This document shows, piece after piece, positions 57,574 through 64,000 of a DNA stretch of 64,000 bases (positions are counted from its first letter, which is position 1; each line of letters starts with the position of its first letter). The notes under the pieces are model-generated. The model had not been told where the DNA came from, did not search any database, and was given only the letters and a program-made list of their open reading frames with translations. The DNA is from a virus. Location: the IMG/VR virus record IMGVR_UViG_3300035661_000050; one strand, written 5' to 3'. A program made the position numbers and the translations under genes.

Positions 57574-58121
57574 TGATGAAAAAAACAATGACTAGTATAT
57601 TCTTTGTTCCTACGCTAAAGATAGGAAAAGAAAAGCTCACCAAGAATGGATATATAAATGGCTATCAAAAGGATGAAGGTCAATCGGTGGAATATGACAA
57701 TTGTATTTACATATTATTTAAACCAGAGAACATGGATGTGTTTAAGGAGTTCCTGGATAATGAATATGAAAGGACAAAGAGTGTTGTAGATGATTATGAT
57801 TATGAAGATGGGTATATTGTTGTTGTTTATAAGCTTATGGCTAAGTTTAAAAAGGACTATCAGTTTATTAAACAGGGCAAGTATTCTAGAACTTCTCCTG
57901 AATTCCAGGCTTTATTTCCAAAGGTTGTCAAGATTTTAAAAAATGGACAACCTAGAGATGAAATTTCTCTTCAATATCGTGTTTTCAATAAAACAGAAGA
58001 TTTAAAGGTTTATTGGGAAGAAAAGATTGGGGTGGATTTTGATGATACTATGGAAGTTTGGAGTGGTTGGAATGATGAAAATGAAATTCTTAACATTAAT
58101 AAAATTAAAGAACATGTATAA
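57573..58121 (+). CDS. Hypothetical protein (182 aa)
   Basis: ORF. Confidence 0.5.
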   Translation: MMKKTMTSIFFVPTLKIGKEKLTKNGYINGYQKDEGQSVEYDNCIYILFKPENMDVFKEFLDNEYERTKSVVDDYDYEDGYIVVVYKLMAKFKKDYQFIKQGKYSRTSPEFQALFPKVVKILKNGQPRDEISLQYRVFNKTEDLKVYWEEKIGVDFDDTMEVWSGWNDENEILNINKIKEHV

Positions 58122-58320
58122 CAATCGAATTGCAGAAATGATCCTTCAGAAATATGGAAAGGATAGTTTAATTATTTATTGTAAAATTGAGTGTTTTAAA
58201 AGTAAGATGATTGATGATGAACTAAGGGAAATACAAGGATATCAACCTAGTGATTTTAATTATGATGCTGAATGGTGGAACAATAAATATAAAGAATTAA
58301 CAAATGATATAAATCATTAA
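58114..58320 (+). CDS. Hypothetical protein (about 68 aa; MYNNRIAEMILQKY..)
   Basis: Upstream part of the track ORF is low-complexity antisense-like. Start set at internal Met. Confidence 0.4.
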   Translation: MYNNRIAEMILQKYGKDSLIIYCKIECFKSKMIDDELREIQGYQPSDFNYDAEWWNNKYKELTNDINH

Positions 58321-58322
58321 TT

Positions 58323-58685
58323 ATGAAAGGAATAGAACTATTAAAAGAACATTCAAAAGCTGCTATTGTAATGAAACAATGGTTTTTGGAGAAGATGTTA
58401 GAAGGGTTAAATGATGAGTCTCTCCCAGATGATTTTAAAGTGTATGTCAGAGAACAGGGAATTGATGATGATAAGGTGGGTGTGTTTATAGATGCTAGTC
58501 CTAGAGGACTATTTGATATATTTGATGAACACAAAATCCTTATTAGCATAATTGCCCATCAAACTGACAGTTTTAGTGTTAAAATCAATGGTGTGGAAGA
58601 TTTATATGAGAAGTTTTCTACAAGGAAGCTTGCTGATTATTTTGCTATAGAACATGCCTTTAAAATGTTAAATGAAAAGTTATGA
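58323..58685 (+). CDS. Hypothetical protein (120 aa)
   Basis: ORF. Confidence 0.5.
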   Translation: MKGIELLKEHSKAAIVMKQWFLEKMLEGLNDESLPDDFKVYVREQGIDDDKVGVFIDASPRGLFDIFDEHKILISIIAHQTDSFSVKINGVEDLYEKFSTRKLADYFAIEHAFKMLNEKL

Positions 58686-58933
58686 TAGACCAAATTGTAG
58701 ATTGTGTAGTTAATAAGTTCCAAGGAAGAAGTGCTGTGGGTGTGGTTAAATATGGTACCACCCTAGAGCATAACAATAAGGATAACTACCTTATTCATCT
58801 TCAACATGAACTTATGGATGCCACTCTTTATATTGAAAAGCTCATACATCTAGACCAGGAAATAACTAGCTTAGTTAGAGCTAATCCAAATGATCAAGAT
58901 CTTGGTGCAGTAATAAGAAGATTGGTTATCTAA
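58682..58933 (+). CDS. Hypothetical protein (83 aa)
   Basis: ORF with ATGA overlap. Confidence 0.45.
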   Translation: MIDQIVDCVVNKFQGRSAVGVVKYGTTLEHNNKDNYLIHLQHELMDATLYIEKLIHLDQEITSLVRANPNDQDLGAVIRRLVI

Positions 58934-58961
58934 TATTTTTTAAATCTCTTGGATTATAACG

Positions 58962-58994
58962 TGAGGGTTTGTATATTGCAGACCCTCATTTTAT
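58962..58994 (+). terminator. Intrinsic terminator (TGAGGGT-N13-ACCCTCA + TTTTAT)
   Basis: Perfect 7-bp stem. Confidence 0.5.
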
Positions 58995-59016
58995 AACCCT
59001 CAAAACACAACAAATT

Positions 59017-60867
59017 ATGGATTTAGGATTGGAAACATTGAGTTCCTTAACAATTTTTAGTAAATATGCTAAATATCTTCCTGAAAAGAAAAGAAGAGAG
59101 ACATGGGATGAAATAGTTGATCGTTATCAAAATATGATGATTAAGAAATATCCTGCTCTTGAACAATTGATTTTAGACAGTATTCCTGCAATAAGGACAA
59201 AACAAGTGCTTCCATCAATGAGGGCTTTACAGTTTGCTGGTGTAGCAGCTGAAGTTAATAATGCAAGAATATACAACTGTTGCTATCTTCCAATAGACAG
59301 CTTACATAGCTTCTCAGAAACTATGTTTCTTTTATTAGGAGGTACAGGAGTGGGATATTCTGTACAGAAACATCATATTGAACAACTTCCTGAGATAATG
59401 ACACCTGGGAAACCTCGCACCTATCTTATTGAGGATTCTATTATGGGATGGGCTGATGCTATTAAAGTGCTATTGAAATCTTATATGGAAGGATCATTTA
59501 TGCCTAAGTTTGACTTTAGAGCTATTAGGCAAAAAGGAGCTAGGCTAGTAACAGCTGGTGGTAAAGCACCTGGTCCTGAACCACTTAAGATATGTTTAAC
59601 ACATGTACAAGCTATTCTTGATAGGAAAAAGCAAGGAGATAAACTCAGTTCTTTGGAATGTCATGATATTCTATGTTACATAGCTAATTCTGTTCTCGCA
59701 GGAGGTATTAGAAGAAGTGCTATGATAGCAATGTTTAGTCATGATGATGAGGAAATGATTACATGTAAATATGGAAATTGGTGGGAACTCAATGAACAAA
59801 GAGGTAGAGCTAATAACTCTGCTGTTCTTGAAAGAGAATCTGTAGGAGAAGAAGAGTTCTTCAACTTATGGAAAAGGATAGAAGCTTCAGGAAGTGGTGA
59901 ACCAGGAATTTATTGGACTAACAATAAAGATTGGGGCACTAATCCATGTGCAGAGATAGCACTTAGACCCTATCAATTTTGTAATCTTTGTGAGGTGAAT
60001 GTTTCTGATGTTCTATCTCAAGAGGATTTAAACAATAGAGTGAGTGCAGCAGCTTTCTTTGGAACCCTACAGGCTGGTTTTACAGACTTTCATTATCTCA
60101 GACCTATATGGGCTAGGACAACACAAAAAGATGCTCTGTTGGGCATAGGAATGACAGGTATAGGATCTAGAGAGATTCTTAAATATAATCTCCAAGGAGC
60201 AGCTAATGTTGCTAAGCTTACAAATCAATTAGTTGCTGAAAGACTAGGAATTAATGAAGCAGCTCGTGTTACATGTATAAAACCCTCAGGTACAACAAGT
60301 TGTGTTCTTGGAACAAGTTCAGGAATACATGCTTGGCATAATGACTATTATCTACGCACTCTTAGATTTAATAAGAATGAAGACATTGCTGCATATATGA
60401 TGGTGAATCATCCTGAATTATGTGAAGATGATGTGCTAAGACCAAAAGATACATTATGTGTAAGAATCCCTATTAAGGCACCAGAAGGAGCTATTCTAAG
60501 AACAGAAACAGCAATAGACACTCTAGAGCGTGTTAAGAAGTTCTCTACAGAGTGGATTTTACCAGGACATATTAATGGTGATAATACACATAATGTAAGT
60601 GCTACAGTTTCTATTCTAGAAGATGATTGGAAAACTGTAGGACTTTGGATGTGGGAAAATAGAGATGTGTATAATGGCTTAAGTGTACTACCCTATTTTG
60701 GGGGAAGTTATCAACAAGCTCCTTTTGAAGATATTTCTAAAGAGGAATATGAAAAAAGAATACTATCTTTACATTCTGTAGATCTTACAAAAGTGATGGA
60801 GATAGATGATAATGTAGAATTCTCTCAAGTAGCAAGTTGTGCTGGTGGGAGTTGCAGTGTTGAATAG
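59017..60867 (+). CDS. nrdJ: Ribonucleotide reductase, class II-like (adenosylcobalamin-type, monomeric; 616 aa)
   Basis: Active-site blocks ..GTNPCAEIAL.. and ..CNLCEVN... C-terminal redox Cys pair ..SCAGGSCSVE at the extreme C-terminus as in class II enzymes. Start moved past terminator to ATG 59017. Confidence 0.6.
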   Translation: MDLGLETLSSLTIFSKYAKYLPEKKRRETWDEIVDRYQNMMIKKYPALEQLILDSIPAIRTKQVLPSMRALQFAGVAAEVNNARIYNCCYLPIDSLHSFSETMFLLLGGTGVGYSVQKHHIEQLPEIMTPGKPRTYLIEDSIMGWADAIKVLLKSYMEGSFMPKFDFRAIRQKGARLVTAGGKAPGPEPLKICLTHVQAILDRKKQGDKLSSLECHDILCYIANSVLAGGIRRSAMIAMFSHDDEEMITCKYGNWWELNEQRGRANNSAVLERESVGEEEFFNLWKRIEASGSGEPGIYWTNNKDWGTNPCAEIALRPYQFCNLCEVNVSDVLSQEDLNNRVSAAAFFGTLQAGFTDFHYLRPIWARTTQKDALLGIGMTGIGSREILKYNLQGAANVAKLTNQLVAERLGINEAARVTCIKPSGTTSCVLGTSSGIHAWHNDYYLRTLRFNKNEDIAAYMMVNHPELCEDDVLRPKDTLCVRIPIKAPEGAILRTETAIDTLERVKKFSTEWILPGHINGDNTHNVSATVSILEDDWKTVGLWMWENRDVYNGLSVLPYFGGSYQQAPFEDISKEEYEKRILSLHSVDLTKVMEIDDNVEFSQVASCAGGSCSVE

Positions 60868-60897
60868 CTTGTTTTTGTTTTTGATGATTAATAATAT

Positions 60898-60931
60898 ACC
60901 CCTGGTGTTTCTACACTGGGGGTTTTTTATT
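60898..60931 (+). terminator. Intrinsic terminator (11-bp stem ACCCCUGGUGU / ACACUGGGGGU with two G.U + T6)
   Basis: Hairpin plus ggttttttatt. Confidence 0.6.
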
Positions 60932-60989
60932 AAAAATCTCATTGCTATTTGAAGAAATTTTATTAAATTTACATTCTAAATTATTAATT

Positions 60990-62030
60990 ATGGCGAAAGC
61001 AAAAGAAAGCTCTGAATCTAAGAGCAAGTTCCAAGAAACATTGGACAAACTCAACAAAACTTATGGTGTAGGAACTATCCTCACTCTTGACAGCAAGACA
61101 AATGGTGATTATGATGTAATCAGTACAGGAAGTATTGGTTTTGATAACATCACTCTTGGTACAGGAGGTTTTGTTAAAGGAAAAATGTATGAATTAATGG
61201 GCTGGGAAGGTTCAGGTAAATCAACAATTTGTGGTCATGCTGTAGCAGAATGCCAAAAGAAAGGTGGTGTTGTTCTGTATATAGATGGTGAGCATGCTGT
61301 TGATAAGAAGTATTTTGAAGCTATTGGTGTTGATACATCTAAGATGCTTATTGCTCAACCAGCTTGTGGTGAGGAAGGTTTTAACATTGCTATGGAAATG
61401 ATAACAGCAGGAGGAGTTGATCTTATCATCATCGATTCTGATAGTTCATTGATTCCTAAGAAAGTGTTAGATGGTGAGGTGGGTGATAGTGCCATTGGTA
61501 AAAAGGCTTTATTAAATAGTAATGCCTATCCTAAATTAAAAACAGCTCTATCTGCTCATAATGTTTGTGTTATTGTTATTTCTCAATACAGAGAAAAGAT
61601 TGGTGTTATGTTTGGTAATCCCACTACAACACAAGGAGGTCATGCATTAAAGTTCTACACTGATTGTAGAATTGAGGTGACCAAGAGTCTTGCAAAAGAT
61701 GGTGATCAAGCTTATGGAAACATCACTAAGGTGAAAGCTATTAAGAATAAGATGAGTCCTCCATATAGACTTTCTCATTTTGAGATAGTTTATGGAAAGG
61801 GTATTGATAAGCTTACAGAAATGATGGAGCTTATTAATGAGTTTGAGATAGGTAAAAAATGGGGTAAAACTATGACTATTGGTGAAACTAAATATGAATT
61901 AGATGAGTTTAGGGCTATGCTTACAGACAATGAGGAGTTTTATAATAGCATCAAAGCTCAGATAATTGATAAAATTAACCAAGTGGAATTAAAAGTTGTG
62001 GTGGAAGAAGACATTGAAAATCAAATCTAA
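60990..62030 (+). CDS. recA: RecA recombinase (346 aa)
   Basis: ..ISTGSIGFDNITLGTGGFVKGKMYELMGWEGSGKSTICGHAVAE..LYIDGEHAVD..LIAQPACGEE..IIIDSDSSLIP..GDSAIGKKALL..VISQYREKIGVMFGNPTTTQGGHALKFY.. aligns with bacterial RecA throughout. Confidence 0.8.
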   Translation: MAKAKESSESKSKFQETLDKLNKTYGVGTILTLDSKTNGDYDVISTGSIGFDNITLGTGGFVKGKMYELMGWEGSGKSTICGHAVAECQKKGGVVLYIDGEHAVDKKYFEAIGVDTSKMLIAQPACGEEGFNIAMEMITAGGVDLIIIDSDSSLIPKKVLDGEVGDSAIGKKALLNSNAYPKLKTALSAHNVCVIVISQYREKIGVMFGNPTTTQGGHALKFYTDCRIEVTKSLAKDGDQAYGNITKVKAIKNKMSPPYRLSHFEIVYGKGIDKLTEMMELINEFEIGKKWGKTMTIGETKYELDEFRAMLTDNEEFYNSIKAQIIDKINQVELKVVVEEDIENQI

Positions 62031-62035
62031 TAATA

Positions 62036-62362
62036 ATGGAATTTAAAGACTATCAAGACAAAGCTGTTGAAACAGCAATTTATGGAGCAGGAAACAATAT
62101 TATATATCCTGCTTTAGGACTAGCTAATGAAGCTGGTGAAGTGCTAGGAAAGATTAAAAAGGTTCTTAGAGATAATGAAGGTAAGTTCACTACAGACAGA
62201 TGTGTAGCTATAGGAGATGAGATAGGAGATGTGTTATGGTATATAGCAGCATTAACAAGAGATCTTGGATTGTCTCTAGAGGATATTGCAAACAATAATA
62301 TTCAAAAGCTCCTGGATAGAAGAGCAAGAAACGTTATTCAAGGTTCAGGAGATAATCGTTAA
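62036..62362 (+). CDS. mazG: MazG-like nucleoside triphosphate pyrophosphohydrolase (108 aa)
   Basis: ..ALGLANEAGEVLGKIKK..IGDEIGDVLWYIAAL.. is the MazG EExxE/DxxD helix pair. Confidence 0.6.
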   Translation: MEFKDYQDKAVETAIYGAGNNIIYPALGLANEAGEVLGKIKKVLRDNEGKFTTDRCVAIGDEIGDVLWYIAALTRDLGLSLEDIANNNIQKLLDRRARNVIQGSGDNR

Positions 62363-62365
62363 ATT

Positions 62366-62587
62366 ATGGCTAAGTTAATTTTATCAGTTGATGAGAATGA
62401 GTTAGATTTGTTCAAGAAAGAATATGTAAACCTCGGTGATCTTAAAGAGGAAATAGATAAACTTGAAGACAGTATTCCTGATAAAGCTAATAAGAAGGAG
62501 TACAAAGTATGGAAAAGCAAAATCAACTTCCTAATAGATATGTACAATGCTAAATCAAAGTATAAAACATACAATAGGATAAGATGA
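62366..62587 (+). CDS. Hypothetical protein (73 aa)
   Basis: ORF. Confidence 0.45.
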   Translation: MAKLILSVDENELDLFKKEYVNLGDLKEEIDKLEDSIPDKANKKEYKVWKSKINFLIDMYNAKSKYKTYNRIR

Positions 62588-62964
62588 TAAAGAAGGAAAA
62601 TTGCCTAACCTGTGGAGCACGATGTGAAGGAAAATACTGTTTTGTACACAAACCCAGAAAGCCTCTTCTTGCTAAGCCTAAAATACATACAGGCACTAAT
62701 GAAATGCAAGAGTTCTTTCTCTTTATTTGGAGAAAACGAATACACCAATCAGAGGTGAGTGGGACAAACTTAGGAAATACACCTCTAACAGTATTTTTCC
62801 ATCACATTCTTCCTAAAGAAAAATTTCCTCAAGCTAAGTTTGACGAAGAGAACATTATTCTTCTTACATTTGATGAACATAACAATGTAGAAAATGATAT
62901 GTACAAGTATGAAGAAGTGAACAAACGTAGGGAATATTTAAAAATTAAGTATGAAAGAACCTAA
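62584..62964 (+). CDS. Zinc-ribbon / HNH-like small nuclease candidate (126 aa)
   Basis: N-terminal CLTCGARCEGKYC. ..FFHHILPKEKFP...LLTFDEHNN.. is HNH-like. Confidence 0.35.
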   Translation: MIKKENCLTCGARCEGKYCFVHKPRKPLLAKPKIHTGTNEMQEFFLFIWRKRIHQSEVSGTNLGNTPLTVFFHHILPKEKFPQAKFDEENIILLTFDEHNNVENDMYKYEEVNKRREYLKIKYERT

Positions 62965-63601
62965 CAGAGAGCGTAAGCAAGACATTAAATACAAAATCAC
63001 TCTTAATGAAGAACAAAAAGAGGTGAAGAGGCTGATTATTGAGAATCAGATAGTTATCATAACTGGTAGAGCTGGTTGTGGAAAGAGTCTTGTAAGTGCA
63101 CAATGTGCTCTTGACTTTTTATTCAAGAAGCAATGTGATCAAATCCTTGTAACTAGGGCTGCTGTAGAAGTGGGTCATTCATTAGGATTTCTACCTGGAA
63201 GTCTCAATGAGAAATTTGATCCTTATCTAGAAGCTTTTCAAGAAAACCTTGTTAAATGCTATGATAGGGTGAAAGTTGAAGAACTTATACGTGATAGTAA
63301 AGTTATTGCACTACCTGTTCAGTTTATTAGAGGAAAGACTGTTGATGATATACTTATTGTTGAAGAAGCACAAAATCTTACAAAAGCTGAGATGTTAGCT
63401 ATTTTAACAAGACTTGGTAAAACAGGTAAGATGATCATTAATGGAGATAATGAACAGAAGGATATTAAAGATCTTTTTAATGGACTTAGTTATGTTATAG
63501 AACTATCTAAGAAGATTAAGGAAATTAAATGGATGAAGCTTAAACACAATCACAGAAGTGATCTTGTAGGCAAAATCCTAGACTTTGAATATGGTAAATA
63601 A
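62951..63601 (+). CDS. phoH: PhoH-like ATPase (216 aa)
   Basis: Walker A ITGRAGCGKS. ..ILVTRAAVEVGHSLGFLPGSLNEKFDPYL.. and ..ILIVEEAQNLT.. match the PhoH family. Confidence 0.65.
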   Translation: MKEPNRERKQDIKYKITLNEEQKEVKRLIIENQIVIITGRAGCGKSLVSAQCALDFLFKKQCDQILVTRAAVEVGHSLGFLPGSLNEKFDPYLEAFQENLVKCYDRVKVEELIRDSKVIALPVQFIRGKTVDDILIVEEAQNLTKAEMLAILTRLGKTGKMIINGDNEQKDIKDLFNGLSYVIELSKKIKEIKWMKLKHNHRSDLVGKILDFEYGK

Positions 63602-63989
63602 ACCATTAAGCAGAGAATTCTTATTAAAACGTGGCTTTTGTTGCAATAACAATTGTAAGAATTGCCCATATAAAAATCAAACAGATATGCAAAATCAGTT
63701 TTTCTACACAAGAAAAGAACTTGTAAGTGGAACACCAGAAAATCCTGAATTCAAAGAATACAGGGACAGTTTTAACATTAACAAAGTGATCAGAAGTATC
63801 ACTATGGATGATGGAAGGATTATGATTCTTCTAGATGATCTACATGAGAGAGCTCAAGAGGTTCCTGATGTAGATGTTAAAACTAATAAGATGAGAGGTG
63901 TAAAAAGAGTTAAGAACACTTTTCAGAGCGAGATATTTCTAGATCCAGGAGATGCTACTAGATTCTACGCTTTAACATCCATTATGTAA
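63585..63989 (+). CDS. Hypothetical protein with N-terminal CCNNNCKNCPY cysteine cluster (134 aa)
   Basis: ORF. Confidence 0.45.
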   Translation: MNMVNKPLSREFLLKRGFCCNNNCKNCPYKNQTDMQNQFFYTRKELVSGTPENPEFKEYRDSFNINKVIRSITMDDGRIMILLDDLHERAQEVPDVDVKTNKMRGVKRVKNTFQSEIFLDPGDATRFYALTSIM

Positions 63990-64000
63990 AACCAATGGAA

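Noticed and set aside
1-64000. tRNA genes, integrase/transposase, attachment sites
   Set aside because: No sequence with tRNA-like conserved arms (e.g. GTTCGAATC T-loop context) was seen in the intergenic gaps. No recombinase motifs were recognised. A tRNAscan-type scan would be needed to be certain.

Overview
AT-rich window with no Shine-Dalgarno sequences, densely packed with co-oriented genes. It looks like part of a tailed dsDNA phage genome, probably infecting a Bacteroidota host. Host evidence: a C-terminal Fibrobacter/Bacteroidetes 'major paralogous domain' (TIGR02145-like) on a tail fibre, Bacteroidota-style signal peptides and lipoboxes, an HU/IHF-like gene beside the head genes, and A-rich leaders without SD. 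Several traits are shared with crAss-like phages, but the family cannot be assigned from sequence alone. Two divergent modules meet at about 31.3-31.9 kb. (1) A minus-strand virion and packaging block spans 1-31663. It carries an HTH regulator, an HU/IHF-like protein, large terminase, portal, an SPFH/band-7 protein, an acidic scaffold-like protein and a putative major capsid protein followed by a structured 3' region. It also carries four tail-fibre or spike genes, three of which share an N-terminal 'TGPF(D/N)' anchor motif but differ at the C-terminus (tail-collar, LRR-like, TIGR02145-like). A metallophosphoesterase, a 1696-aa Cys/Thr-rich giant structural protein and a 5'-partial gene for a cell-wall hydrolase with papain-fold and PG-binding motifs complete the block. 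The partial gene runs off the window start. (2) A plus-strand early and replication block spans 31917-63989. It begins with many tiny genes, each flanked by its own upstream box and intrinsic terminator. Among them are a PcfJ-like protein, a hyper-acidic candidate DNA mimic, lipoproteins, secreted and membrane proteins and zinc ribbons. These are followed by a family B DNA polymerase, DnaB-like helicase, SF2 helicase, Sak4/AAA_24-like ATPase, TOPRIM primase-like protein, a family-1 UDG homologue with the catalytic Asp replaced by Cys, an rIIA-like GHKL ATPase and rIIB-like protein, HNH nucleases, a lambda-exo/YqaJ-like nuclease, class II (B12-type) RNR, RecA, MazG and PhoH. Most interesting are two distinct conserved sequence boxes sitting 7-10 nt upstream of start codons, 'AATCATTTAAAAC' (6 copies) and 'TTTTTACACACATAAA' (5 copies). 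A G-tract/GTGGGAA repeat array also sits at the module junction. No tRNA, CRISPR array, integrase or transposase was seen.
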